In this document: positions 1 to 14,293 of the stretch, piece after piece
Layout of the letters: each line of letters begins with the position of its first letter
Position numbering within the stretch: position 1 is the first letter of the stretch
From: Octopus vulgaris
Lineage: Eukaryota
Direction of reading: 5' to 3'
DNA: 64,000 nt
Assembly: GCA_951406725.2 (NCBI GenBank)
Contig: OX597817.1
Coordinates: 62,496,001 to 62,560,000, forward strand
Translations under genes and position numbers: made by a program
The notes under the pieces: generated by a model
Told to the model about the DNA's origin: nothing
The model's database searches: none
The model's input: the letters and a program-made list of their open reading frames with translations, nothing else

Positions 1-89
1 GCACACACGTACATATTGATACATTTACATATATATATACATATATATGTATATATATATATGTATATATATGTGTGTATATAAATACG

Positions 90-120
<31 letters not shown>

Positions 121-278
121 GTATATATATATATACCTATTTGTATACATATATCTGTATATATATATCTACATAAATGTACACATATATATGTATATAT
201 ATATTTGTGTATACATATATATGTATGTATATATGTATACATAAGTATATATATATATATATATATATATGCATATAT
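1..278. repeat. Degenerate (TA)n/(TG)n microsatellite
   Basis: Direct reading; source of the spurious YI-repeat ORF 47..244. Confidence 0.95.
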
Positions 279-1065
279 GTAATTAAGTATTAGTGTCATA
301 TCGTCACTATCACAACACTAACTAAAGCTTCTTTATTGTTACAAATCTGACACCAGCATATACTAAAATCTCACAAATAACCATTATACCAATTATCTCC
401 CGTAATATATTATTCACTGTCTTAATATAAATTCTATGCAAATAAATTTCATATTCTCTTATATCATAGTTATCGATTACTCCATTTCTTTTTTTTTTTA
501 CTCATTCCTGTCTTCAGTTGTTTGATTTGGTCAGTTTCCAGATTAGGTTCTTGGAACTCCATGTTTTCTTGTATATTACTTGTTAATATTCCCAGAGCTA
601 ATTCATTACGACTACAAAGTAACATTTTCGTTCAGGAATCGTTTATTTGCTTGTTTGTTTTTTTGTTTTTTCTGTTTTGTATTTTTGTTCTTGTTTTAGT
701 TATTTATTTTCACCAAATCTACATACATATTCTTGTGAATGGTCAACATGCCAAAACACTATTCGTCCAACAGCGATCAACGCCAAATGATGAAATATTT
801 TCTCACAAACATCAAGTGATTCCTGTTTGAATAAATTCTGGCGGAAGTATTGTCCTTGCTGCTGGCATCGTCATTGTTGTTGCTGTTGTTGTTGCTGTTA
901 TTGTTGTTGTTGATGTGGATGTTTTGCCTTTTATTTTTATTTCTATTATTATTATTTCTAAATATAATTTATTTGGTTTGGTAAGTTTTTTCCTATTTAA
1001 TCTATTTCTATTATGCTCCGTCAAATGAAAAATGAGAAAAGAAAAAGAGCAGTATGAGGAATAGT

Positions 1066-1101
<36 letters not shown>

Positions 1102-1406
1102 AAAGAAAACGTGTCATTCCTATTCAAGGAGGAAATGTGACCCGAGAAAACACATTTACATGCAAAAAAACATACAGGAGCATATCTATTTTTATCAATA
1201 TTTAGAAGCAACAGAAGAAATGAAGGGACGTGAGTTTCGTGCGTTAGTACTTATTAAGCGTATGAACACATATATTCAAATTTTGATGCAAACATACACA
1301 CGAACACAATCATTTATATGTTATATTTACAGACAGACAGAAACATAAAATCGAGATATCCGATTTATATTCCTAAATATATTTTGAGTATTGCATACAG
1401 GCAATA

Positions 1407-1482
<76 letters not shown>

Positions 1483-2281
1483 ATGTATGTATATATACCC
1501 AAATGCTAATTTGTTATTTTCATTCTTATGAGCAAGGAATATGTCTTTTCCATGGTGGGTACTTTCTATTCTGGTGGTGTTGACTTCTTTCCTCCTGATA
1601 GAGAAAATCTAAGCCCTACAAGATGAGAAATACTACTCGAACCTACCCGTATTTACAGACTATATCAGATAATTTTACGATACTTAGACGTTTTCATTGA
1701 ACGGGTGTTTAGTTGTGAAATTGGGACCTACGTAGCCTCACGCTTATATAAAAGATTATTGAAATTTGTTTGAAGCATTGTAGTATATGATAAAATCAGA
1801 TAAATACTTCTAAAACCTTTCAATAATCCGAGTGAGAAAGCAATCAAAACATGTAAAGTGTGATCAATGTATTAAACAAATAACGATATTGTATTGCGTG
1901 TTATATTTTGCTTAAATCTGCTCTTCATATAAATGAAGAAAATAACCAGTGTTCAGTGAAGTTGCAGTTATGAGATTACTGGTTGTAGTTTGTTAGCGAT
2001 CTGCTACAACCTAAACAGATGTTTGTTTGTATTTATATGAGAAAACCCGTCATTAGGCGATAAGGCTGTTGGGCACGGAATTTTTAAGATCGTGGCTTAG
2101 ATTCTCCGAATCACCCGGCGTGCTGAGTCAGTGAACAAGGCGCTTCATCTTAAGTTTCTCTTGTCCTCTTAGATGAAAAGGAGCTGCAACTGCTACAAAC
2201 ATGAAAGATTTTGAATCATTACTGGTCCCAAACCTTGCAAATAAAAATTATCATTAGCTCTCAATGGCTACAGGATACTGG

Positions 2282-2605
2282 ATACCTTATTCAACGTATT
2301 TCAAATACCTTTAAGGAAGGTACGGTTTTGTCCTTGTTATTTATATATATATTATATATATATTTATATATATTTATATATATAGGCGCAGGTGTGGCTG
2401 TGTGGTAAGTAGCTTTCCTACCAACCACATGTTGATACATATAAAGAATATATAAATATATAAGAAAATAAGACATAATACTTGAAGCTGGAACGTTTTC
2501 GGTTTAAGGTTTCCGTAATTAGGGCTAAACATCAACAGCAACAACAATAACAAGGACAAAACCGTACCTTCCTCAAAGGTATTTGAAATACGTTGAATAA
2601 GGTAT
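2282..2605. repeat. ~60 bp inverted repeat pair enclosing a TA tract and a truncated SINE head
   Basis: 2282-2341 is the reverse complement of 2546-2605 with few mismatches; SINE head ggcgcaggtgtggctgtgtggtaag at about 2385-2430. Confidence 0.85.
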
Positions 2606-3721
2606 TTTAAAGCATAATATTGCGATGTTGTTAGGCGTAGGTCAACGGTCATTGAACAATCCTGACCCTGGAGGCTGGCAGGCGAGAAGAAGGAAATTGT
2701 CCATAAGAGGTTTCTGTTACAAAGGCTTAAGGTGACTTTAGCTGAAGGGACTATGCTACAGGCGCCTTAATGTGCCATGCCGCATTATATGAAGGTGGTA
2801 GTGTGATTAAGCGTGCCCCACCGTTTTCGTTAAACGAAATATGAAGTCAGAACTCAAAGCGTCGGAATAAACATTGCAAATATTTAGCTCGGTTAGAAAT
2901 AGACGTCCAATCAATTACCCTTAGACGTCCAATCAATCACCCTTGATCAGTACTTCTTTATCAGTCCCGAAAGAATGTGAGGCAATGTTGACCTCGACAG
3001 GAATTAAACACGAATTGCAGAGAATCGGATCAAATATCGCAAGGCACTCTATCCGATTGCCTAACGATTATTCCAATTTCTTGTATTTTTAATATATATA
3101 ATTACATACTTATTTACAGACAGCCATACACACTCATAAATACACAAAAATATATGAGTGTATGCATATGTATCTAAAGCTTTCTGTGTTTCTCTGTCTT
3201 CGTATTTTCTTCATAGTAACAAACGTTTTTAAATCATCCAATTACATATATGTAGTTTAATCTTAAAGTATCTCAACAGTGTAATATTGAATTTTAATTA
3301 TTTATAGAAATGAAATAAATTTATTTTTTTGTAAATTAGATTTTTTATTTTTTGGTCTCTATTTTTATAAATAAGAATCTTTTATTGTGAACTCGATAGA
3401 CAGTGATTTAAATCATGGGAAAGATTTTTCCCCTACCATTCCACTTTGGAAAATCTATCTGATGTATTTGAAAAAATAACTTTCTAATAAGGAAAAAAAA
3501 ATGGCGATTTTTTTTTTTTTTGTAGTTTTCGTTATTTGATTATTTCCTTTTCAAATAAGGAGTTACACCCTAAACTTTCGATAATTCTGAAATATTTTGC
3601 AGTTCTGCTAACAAACTGTATAGCAAAGTTCTTTTTGCTAGTCACCCTATTTGCCTGAATGTCCCATTTCTTCGCGTTTATCAATTATTCATTCTCTAAC
3701 ATAATTATGTGCATTAATAAT

Positions 3722-3937
3722 CTTTTCTAGTATCGGCACCAGGCCTAAAATTTGCTGGGGGGGGGGGGGCTTGTCGATTACATCGACCCCAGCACTTGAC
3801 TAGTACGTATTTAATCGAACCGAAAGTATGAAAGGCAAAGTCGATCTCGGCGGAATTTGAACTTAGAACATAGAGACATATGAAATACTGCTAAGCCTTT
3901 CGCCCGGCATGTTGACGATTCTGTCAGCTCACCGCTT
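3722..3937 (-). mobile_element. SINE family 2 copy (ttctgagttcaaattccgccgaggtcgactttgcc core)
   Basis: Homologous to copies at 17858, 53575, 55578 and 56357. Confidence 0.8.
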
Positions 3938-3971
3938 TATTTTGTGCACTAATAATCACATCCATGTAACG

Positions 3972-4183
3972 CAGCGAGTAGGTAGAATCATTAGTGTACC
4001 GGAGAAAATGCTCCTCGACATTCTATTCAACGCTAACGTTTTCAGTTCAAAACCCGCCGAAGTGGCCTTAGCCTTTCAATTTTTCAGGTTCGATAAAATA
4101 AGTACTAACTGAATACCGCTGTCGATGGAATCAACCGATGCCTTCCCTTCGAAATTGCTTGTCCTGTGCCTAATTCAGAAACC
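3972..4183 (+). mobile_element. SINE family 2 copy (diverged)
   Basis: agttcaaaacccgccgaagtggccttagcctttc...gataaaataagtac matches the family consensus. Confidence 0.7.
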
Positions 4184-4274
4184 ACTTATTTTGTCAGCAT
4201 CATACATTATTAGAAGATAATAGCGAAATTAAATACTTGGTCAGCTTCCAATCATATGAATACATGTGTATAGA

Positions 4275-4305
<31 letters not shown>

Positions 4306-4323
4306 TTATATATATACATATAT

Positions 4324-5206
4324 TGTTACGAATGTGTTTTCCTTGGGAAGAAAGAAAAATAGTGGATTTCGCTTGGGCATGTAGATTCGAACCTGAATCG
4401 ATGGATTTCCCCTTTAAGTTATGACGGTATTTTCACATGAAAGTACGATAGCTGACAGCTGAGACACTCAACAGATGGCCTATGCCAAGCCAATTTATGT
4501 ATTCTCCACTTAACCCTTTTGAACTTTCTATGTCAACAAGAGATGAAATTAAATAAAGTTACCTAAAGCAGTTTCCCATTGGTCTTGGCAACATGTTTCT
4601 CTGTCTTTCCCTTTTACGATAGTTATAAATACTAAGATCCCGTAAGCTGAAGGAGTTAGTGAAAGAAGTTGAAGAGAAATGAAGACGACTACGACCATGA
4701 ACGACTAATGTTTATAACTTTCACAAGCTCACTTTAGAATGACAAGTGTCATTCTGTCTTTCTCCAGTGCTGCTAAAATGACCGGCAGAGCGTTGGCATC
4801 ATTCTGTCTTTCTCCTTTATTTCGCTGTCTCTATCTACCGACTACAATTACTAACAACTTGAACAGTAAACAATGACCTTTATGTTTTGATCGCAAATTG
4901 ACGATTCACGATGGACCAATGAAATTGACAACTTCGGTCTCTAACACTGGATTTTCAATCAAGAAGGGCTGACAAACAGAAATGTATTTGTAACAGCTCT
5001 GCGCTTTGAATCCTAATGCTTTATGACGGCTTGTAACGTGGACAGAAATATATTATAACAGCTCTATGCTTTGAATTCTGATTTGCTATAACGGCTTTGA
5101 GCAGCCTCAGATGTGAGTTTTTGCAATAAATAATTCTTTCATGAACATAATTGAATTATTAACGAACTTGTATGTTATAATTGCTGTGTTAATTTTGTCT
5201 AACCGT

Positions 5207-5210
<4 letters not shown>
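4324..5210 (+). mobile_element. Solo LTR (Gypsy/BEL type)
   Basis: Termini TGTTACG...CGTAACA (7 bp inverted), ATAT on both flanks (possible 4 bp TSD inside a TA tract), TATAAATA at about 4624, AATAAA at about 5125, internal short direct repeats. Confidence 0.75.
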
Positions 5211-5266
<56 letters not shown>

Positions 5267-5547
5267 GTGATTTTAAATTCTCAAATGCAGGACAATGCTA
5301 ATAATATAGCCTGAACAGGATAAGCTACCCTTATTTTGCAGGAAAAAGTGTTGGCGGCCGGCTATGAGACTTGAACTCACACCTCCGTGATTACGCACCG
5401 CGACGCGTAATCACGGGCGCGTAATCACGGAGGTGCGAGTTCGAGTCTCATAGCCGGCCGCCAACACTTTTTCTGCAAAATAAGGGTAGTTCATCCCGTT
5501 CAGGCTATATTATTAACATTATCCCGTGTTTGAGGATTTAAGATCAC
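5267..5547. repeat. Fold-back palindrome (~130 bp arms) containing a tRNA-like 3' half
   Basis: 5267-5396 is the reverse complement of 5419-5547; B-box AGTTCGAGTCT at about 5438, T5 at about 5468; homolog at 33050-33215. Confidence 0.85.
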
Positions 5548-6615
5548 TTCTTTAACATTCTAAGACATCCTAATGCTTCTAAAGCAAACTTCGTTTGTTT
5601 GTTTACGTTCATCGTAATTTGAATTTATATGTATACAATTATTATCGACTTTATCATACATTTTTTTTTTAATATTGTGACAGTTACACTATTTCAATTG
5701 GTCGGCGCTTGGGTGTCAAATGATTGGATGCTGCCACACCATTAGCAGAAATACGGTACATATATGAAATATTACAAGCGTTCGGACTAGCATCGTTACT
5801 CAAAAATATTGGAATCACTATATATTACACATTCTGTGGAATCCTTTTATCACAAGAAATTTGTTTAGTTCATCGAAATTAAGTTATATTATATTAAGAA
5901 TTAACGAAGTTAAATTTTCGTATACTCAGTTTTAACAAAATAATTGCGTACGAATACTAATATCATCTTTACGCAATAATTCAATCTAAATGACAATTTT
6001 TATAGATTTACAAGTAATCAATTAAAAATAATTCAGTAATAATTTGTTTAATTCGCATAACTATTCCATTAACATGTGTATCATAATGCGAATTATCTTT
6101 TTTATAATTATTTCGGTTTCGTACCTTCGCTGTTATATAGATTCGACTTCATTATAGATCTAGTTTTTTTAATTATCATGGTAATTTGCAAGCAGTGTGA
6201 AATATGTTTTTTTATTATATATATATTGGTATGAAGAGTATTATAATGAATTTAATTATTCGAAATTAAAAATCATATTTTGTACATTTTCAAATTTCTA
6301 TATTAGGAATTCGGTTTAATAATTATCGTAATATAATAATTCACACACGAGTCTCTTTTCGTTTTCAGATTCCAATATTTTATAGCAACAATGCTAGTTC
6401 CATTCTTTTTAAGGTTTATTATGATATTCTGTAACCATTTTCAGCGAAAGCATTTTTCAATTCTACATATATCTACTCATCACAACATATGAATATGAAG
6501 GGGTGATAGATGAATAAGGAAGGAAGGGGTGAAAAAAATCAAACGGTGTTCCAACTCTGTGTGTGTATATATGTGTATGTGTGTGCGTGTACAAAGGAAG
6601 TATGTGTGAACCAGC

Positions 6616-7203
6616 TTTCTTTCAGTAACAAACGATGATCGATGTCACAGCTCAAAAGACAACCACTAGATAACATTGACAAATGTATAACTTTGATTTA
6701 CCATCCATATTCTATATATTTTGTTAAAAATAATTATTACAACCACACACACCTACATAAACATATACATACACAAACTCATCAGAGAAAATAATTATTG
6801 CCTGAGTGTATCAAGAATATAAAACGACTGCAGTTGAAAAGTATATAAATACACATCTTAATTTAACAGTTTATACATGTCCTTAATTTATTTATATAAA
6901 GAAATTTTTACCAAGTATTCTTTCAGTAACTATACATAAACTAACCGGCGTTCTTTCAATAATTAACGATGATTGATGTCACATCTCAAAATACAACCAC
7001 TAGATTGATAAGTGTATTAATTAGAATTACCATCCATATTCTATCTGTTCTATTAAAAATAATATACATATACAAATTCATTAGAGGAAATAATTATTGC
7101 CTGAGTGTATCAAGAATATAAAACGACTGCAGTTGAAAAGTATATTATAAATACGCATGTAACAGTTTATACATGAGCCTAATCTGTTTATATTAAGAAA
7201 TTT
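6616..7203. repeat. Diverged tandem duplication (units about 6616-6909 and 6951-7203)
   Basis: Shared blocks such as aataattattgcctgagtgtatcaagaatataaaacgactgcagttgaaaagtata in both units. Confidence 0.85.
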
Positions 7204-7359
7204 GTGTAATAAATTTTGAATAGGGAGTTTTTACAACATCATCTATAAGTCAGGGAATGCTTTTTGTGGTTTTAAGTCGTATGAGTTTAGCTTGGTTTCA
7301 GTAATGGAGAGCATAATTGAAAGGAAAACTCGCTTTGTTTTTTCTCGTGTTTGTTCTTC

Positions 7360-7710
7360 GCATGGTTCCCGGTTCAGTCCCACTGTGTGGCACCCTGGGC
7401 AAGTATCTTCTACGATAGCGTCGGGCCGACCAAAGCCTTGTGAGTGGATTTGGTAGACGGAAACTGAAAGAAGCCCGATGTATATATATGTGTGTGTGTG
7501 TGTGTGTTAGTGTGCCTGTGCTTGTTCATCCAACATGGCTTGACAACCGATTGTGGTGTGTTTACGTCTCCGTAACTTAGCAAGGTTCGGCAAAAGAGAT
7601 CGATAGAAGTACCAGGCTTACAAAGAATAAGTCCTGGAGTCGATATGGTAGACTAAAGGCGGTATCCCAGCATCGCGACAGTCAAATGACTGAAACTAGT
7701 AAAAGAATAA
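7360..7710 (+). mobile_element. SINE family 1 copy (tRNA-like head, internal TA/TG tract, LINE-like tail), 5' clipped
   Basis: catggttcccggttcagtcccactg...gtcaaatgactgaaac matches 23450 and 37695. Confidence 0.9.
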
Positions 7711-7927
7711 CAGAATATATTCATACATACATACATTTATAATTAAATAAATCAATAAGTGACATAGATGCATGTTTTGATTGTATGTATGTTTATGTGT
7801 CTATGTGGGCACGCAAGTGTGTGTGTGTATGTAATGTATTGTGTGCGTGTGTGTTTGTACTCGTAAGTGCGTACACAGTGATATAGATTATCTAGGCACA
7901 CATAAACAAACACACACACACATACAT

Positions 7928-8092
7928 ATGCAGGATTGGCCAAAAGTCATCTGAAAGTAAATCAGAACCATTTAATTCCATGATTTATTTATGTTTAACA
8001 ACTGAATGAATTTAATAAATGTACATATGAAATATCATAAAATTTGTTCAAACTGAAGCCCTTCTTAAGCGACGCATTTTACCGTTTGAGTC
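7928..8092 (-). mobile_element. Tc1/mariner end: TIR plus transposase C-terminus relic
   Basis: TIR-like caggattggccaaaagtca; minus strand translates KCVA*EGLQFEQIL*, resembling the C..xGxHFEHLL* end of Tc1-like transposases. Confidence 0.5.
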
Positions 8093-8232
8093 TATACAGA
8101 ATTACAGATATTTATGGAATTTTGATTAACTGTATATGTATATTTATGCATATGCATATATATATCTGTATATATACATATATATGCATGTATGTATATA
8201 TGTGTATATAAATATATATATATATGTGTGTG

Positions 8233-8267
<35 letters not shown>

Positions 8268-8277
<10 letters not shown>

Positions 8278-8900
8278 AACCTTTACATAAATAAATAACG
8301 TGAAATACACGAAGGGACGAACAAAAAGACAAACGGGTCATTCAAAGCCTTCATTCTTCAGTCAGAAACTGATCCCTCATCACAGATTTCGGCTGTTTAA
8401 TTCTGAGATCCGCTCTGAATCAGCCAGCCACAGAACGAAAGAATGCAACGCAACAGAGACGAACATGAAACGAAAAATCTTTTTTGGAGACAGTAACGGT
8501 TAAAAACATGGATGACACAGGCGCCCTACGGCTTTGAGACAAAAAGAGACACAAAAACAATATCAGCAAGCGTGGAAAAATAATTACCTTTTCGGTGATA
8601 AGACACATGTTGAACAAGCGGCCGATGGAAACGAGGCAGCAAGTTGCAAGAGGGTAAGAGAGAGAAGGGGGTAAGAGAGAGAGGGGACAGTGACCGAGAG
8701 AGAGAGGGAGAGAAGGAATCGAAGGAAAGAAAATAGTTTAAAGACATCGTGCAGGGGTTTTGATATGATAAACATAAAGAAGTTATTATGCACGTACGCT
8801 GCGAAATATATAATAAACCTTTACATAAATAAATAACGTGAAATACACGAAGGGACGAACAAAAAGACAAACGGGTCATTCAAAGCCTTCATTCTTCAGT
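8268..8900 (-). mobile_element. Partial-tandem non-coding element with 95 bp identical direct repeats (period 538 bp), PLE pseudo-LTR-like
   Basis: 8268-8362 = 8806-8900; abuts (TA)n; decayed HHR-like fold on minus strand at about 8375-8435. Confidence 0.6.
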
Positions 8901-9097
8901 TAATCCAAACAAGAAAACACAAAAAAAACAAAAAACACAACAACGTGAGGACGTGGAACAAATAAAGTATTATTGGACGCTCAGGAAAGAAGGGAAGAAG
9001 GATAGGTTAACGTTTCGAGCGGAGCTCTTCTTCGGAAACATAGGAGAAGGAAAGATCCCGAGAAGGGAAGACAGAGGAAAAAAATCGCCGGCGGTAA
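8901..9097 (-). mobile_element. PLE-type terminal fragment with HHR-like core
   Basis: Minus strand CCGAAGAA-GAGC-UCC-GCUC-GAAA-CGUU (9035-9009); related copy at 22790-22930. Confidence 0.55.
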
Positions 9098-9109
9098 TAT
9101 ATATATATG

Positions 9110-9159
<50 letters not shown>

Positions 9160-9169
9160 TATGTATATA

Positions 9170-9501
9170 TTAGAAAAAACCCAAAAGTTCAATAATGAAA
9201 AATTAAATTATACCATCCAGAAAAATTACATATTATAGAAAGATTAAATATAAGATAATACGTTTTATTTACTATTTTGCACATTACTTAATAATTGTTA
9301 TAAGTTTTATCGTAATCTTTCTATAATATGTAATTTTTCTAGATGGTATAATTTAATTTTTCAATAATGAATTGATAAAAGGTGGGTTTTTTTTCTAATT
9401 TATATATATATATTATACTTTGTGAAATTTGATTTAGTATTTCTAAATTGAATTTTTCCCTGTAAGTTTGGAATAATATTCCCTCATATTATTATTATTA
9501 T

Positions 9502-9502
<1 letters not shown>
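9170..9502. mobile_element. AT-rich fold-back cassette between microsatellites
   Basis: 9196-9246 is the reverse complement of 9313-9363; 9411-9500 is homologous in reverse orientation to 59972-60050. Confidence 0.7.
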
Positions 9503-9545
<43 letters not shown>

Positions 9546-10142
9546 TGTGTGTGAGTGTGTGCCCCAGCTTGGCAACAGCATTAGGCCTGAAACGCATAAC
9601 AATAACAGAATATGTATATATATATATATATATACAAATTTACACTGATAATATTTGCTTAACACAATAAAGTGGACATAGACAATCCTATTAATCCTGA
9701 CAGCTGGTCAAGTAAGGGATATAAGTAAAGAAACTTCGTTCCAACGAAAGATACCGTCTCAATATTACACTTTTTAATAGAAACCTACCCTACGGCTCAT
9801 ACTTCACTATTAGTTTTCGAGAATTACTCTCGACTGATAATATTGTAGTACCACGAATGATTCAATTATATGAAATAAGATTCCTTCTTAAAACACTTAA
9901 CTGCCATCGTATTAATCTATTTATTTGTGACAGTGTTTACGCTGTTGCTTTTTACTACTTTTTATTATTTTTTTCTTTGGTTTCTTTCGTTTTGCTTTGT
10001 TTTTTTTTGTTTTTATTTTGTTTTGTTTTTTTCAGGGCGGAATTATACGCGTGAAAACTTTCATGCTTTCAGTTGTATATCTACGTATATTTCTTTGTAG
10101 GTATGTAAACTCGTGCATAAAGATGTATATAAAGATGTGTAT

Positions 10143-10190
<48 letters not shown>

Positions 10191-10279
10191 GTATGTATGT
10201 ATATCTTTATACATGTGTGCATATGTGTATATGTATATATGCAGCTATGCATACAGACCATTATATGCATATATGTGGG

Positions 10280-10328
<49 letters not shown>

Positions 10329-10525
10329 TTAAGCTGCTGGACATATACCTACCCACTCGCGTTGTCTAATCAGTGTAGTAAGGATCATGATATGTAAAAC
10401 CTAGTGTTCGCAAACATTACATTAATTATGTACTCCACTCATTCAGAAGTTAGTTCATACATGTGTCCTCGGGACTTTCTCCTTTTATATAGCCTTTACA
10501 GCCTGCTAAGTAAGAAGGAGAAGAA

Positions 10526-10560
<35 letters not shown>

Positions 10561-10749
10561 AGAAGAAGAGGAAGCAGAAGAAGAAGAAGATTATGATGAT
10601 GATGCATACATACATAATAAGAAGAGGACGATACTATTTGTGATAAATAGATTAGATCTGTTTATTGAATTGAACAATATTTCGACAGTGTCTGTCTACC
10701 TCGGGTTGAAAATGAAATAGAGATGTACAATCATATGTAAATGTAATGG

Positions 10750-11200
10750 TATCGCCTGTCATTTTGAGTATTCCTCCTGGGTGTTACGCTATTTATTTAC
10801 ATATATATTTATCCTCATGTTCTATGAAGTCTGGATGTGCAGTGGAGTCAGAATATTTTCTGAGAATACGTACCTCCAGTTTTACCTTAAATTTAATGTT
10901 GTTTAATATAAAATGTACAACAGGTTCCGTCGAACTCCTACTATAGTGTGCCTGACGTGAAACCTACGCCCATTGAATTTTTTATTTAAATTGTCAGCGC
11001 ACCCAACATAAATAAAATTGTGCTTGGTGCATTCTGCTGCGTACACCTAATGAGAATCCTTACCTTCAGTACAAATTATAACGTTTCCCTTATAGTTTGT
11101 AACGGAATTTACTTGACACAATGAACATGGCTTAACTCTCTTACAGCTGTTTTTGGTGGGTATGGGAGTACAGTCTTCGAAATAGCAATGGATTATTTCT
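10750..11200 (-). pseudogene. Decayed Penelope-like GIY-YIG endonuclease domain
   Basis: Minus-strand translation PCSLC ... VYAAECTKHNFIYVGCADNLNKKFNGRR ... EHEDKYICK*IA*HPGG, matching the PLE Cys-motif plus VY...YVG...RFxxH...ExxWI..P.G pattern; stops and frameshifts. Confidence 0.55.
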
Positions 11201-12967
11201 TGGACACGGACGTAGAGGTTACTAGTTCTCTTATATGTTTATATATGAGAGACGAGCTAGATAGACAGATTATATGTTTATTATGTCTAAACAGGCGGAT
11301 GAGAAACTATTTGTTTGGAACGAAGAAAGTTTTCTGACATATGCTGGTAAATTTCATGCAACACTTTTGAAATGTCAGCGAAATTTCAGTGCCAAGTTAA
11401 TCACTAATGAAATTTACGCAAAGCTTTTTAACTAACTGTTCTCTTTCTTGCTATCGTTTTACTTTTTCGTTTCTTCTTTTTTGTGTTTCCTTGTTACCAG
11501 TTACGAAAAGGCGTAAATTCATTACGTTGTTTTTTTCTAAAAAGGAACGCAGAATATACCAAATCAAATTTTGAATTGCTGTATTTCAGTGTACTTTTCA
11601 ATTTTCACTTTGAACCCAAACAAGACAGACATACTGCTGAAATATTATTCACTTCAATAAACAGAGTCCATCTCTATTTATTAAAAATGGTGTCATGCTC
11701 TTTTTATAGTATATTTACTTTCGTGAATAGTTCTGTCACTCTTAATAATAATAATAAGAAGAAGAAGAAGAAGAAGAAGCTTATCGTAAATGATGAAATG
11801 CGACAAAAGTCTATCTCGACGGCATTTGAAGTCCGAACGTACAATTTAGAAACGAATATCTCTACGCATTTTGTTCAGTGCAGTAACAATTGTGCAACCT
11901 TTTCTTTACCGCGAGAGTGTCTGATGAAAGGGACATTACAAGGCCTTTTTACTTTGTGTATGGGGTTTTGAAGGCAGGGAAATACATGAGATGACACAGT
12001 CATCTTGAAAGATGAGAACGTCTAACAAGAACCAATCAAATTTCGGTTTCTGACTTGAAGAAACAGTTCCCCTTCAGGCGGTAATAAATGAAGTATTATC
12101 TAATTAGAGCCCCACCCTACTCAACATAAAAAGTAGAATATATAGAAAAAATGGACAACATTTTAAGGAAGTAAAAACCATTCGGTTATCTTTAAGAAAA
12201 CCGAAGAACTAACTGATGGCAAATGCAGTTGGCTTTGGTTAAAAATAGAGTAGGCCAGATTTTTTGTCCTTTCTAATTTTGGTATAAAACTAGCAATTTT
12301 GAATGAAGGGATAAGTCAATGACATCGATCTCAGTGTTCAACTGGTAATTTATCTTATCGACCTCGGAAAGACAAAGTTGGCATCGGCAGAATTTGAACT
12401 TTAAACGGAAATAGCCGGAGTAAAATATCACTAAGACGAAGTCACCACGTTTGAGTATGCCATATACTAATACATACTTAAAATTAGTGAGTAATCAAAT
12501 ATGATTCTATCAATACGTATGTGTGTGATTGCGCGTACGTATAAATATAAATAAATGAATATAAGTAAATACAAACGTATGAGATCTTCCCATCATCAAA
12601 GGGTTCCTAGGAGTCAAGCAAAATACGGAAAAGCGTTATATTCATATTCACTTGGGTATTTAAAATACATCCCTAACAGTAAATATGAAATGTGTAGACA
12701 AAATCATACTCGTATTCCAACAAATACACCCAGACAAACGTAGATGTATGCGTGAGTGTGTTTATTTTAATGTGTTCGTTGATTTGCTTTCATATGTCAC
12801 TTCGTTTCCATTATATTACATTATAGCTCCAGTAGATTTGATGTAATTCGATAAAAATATTCTAAAATTTATCGAGCAAATGAGTGAACTACACTTCATC
12901 TGAAAATATATTTGCGATATATTGGTAAAATATTACGAATACACCATACACCCTGGCACTCACTCAT

Positions 12968-13430
<463 letters not shown>

Positions 13431-14234
13431 TATAGATATGCATATATACATACATAGCTTAATAAGTATTATAAGCATACTTAACTTATATATGTAAATG
13501 TATATATACATAGACACATAAAGACCCGCATGCACATATGCACACACACACACGCATACTCACATATATACACACCTTCTTGGAAACCTACATAAATCCA
13601 TATATTAGTCTATATTATTCGTTCAAACAGCTACGCGTATAGGTTTCCGTGTGTCTGTCTGTGTGTGTGTATAAGAAATTGAATAATATCGTGGGTGGAG
13701 ATTCGCTCTAGCTACCAATTCATCTCAAGAGATTGGATTAGATTTATGGCAGCTAACGACTAAGCCAATTGTATGTCAAACAGTGTAATACATTGACAAA
13801 TCTAGTGAGTATATGACTGTAATGAACTACTTCTTAGAACAGAGGGCATTTACCTGATCACTTCAGCTGATAGACGTACCAGCCGAATCTCGTTCAAACT
13901 AAATCCTACTACATCATAAACGAACCAAGTGTGTACTACTTAGATCTGACCTCACCTATGGAAAAGTAACAACCCCAGGAGACAAGGATATAAAATATGT
14001 AATTATGTAGTCAATATTGCCCTGAACTAATGTCACTAATGTTACTAATAACAATAATTGACTCTTATTAATGAAACGAGCACAGGATATTGCAAGACCA
14101 CTTCTCTACAACACTACGCCATGTAGCAGCAGGACATTTAAATATTGTCTCCGCCAGTCAATGTGGCCAATGGAAGGTTTGTTGTAGTAGTAGTAGTGGT
14201 GGTGGTGGTGGTGGTGGTGGTGGTGGTGGTGGTG

Positions 14235-14293
<59 letters not shown>

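Noticed and set aside
11483-11971. 162 aa ORF
   Set aside because: Runs through AAT/AAG repeats and a decayed SINE; no domain similarity
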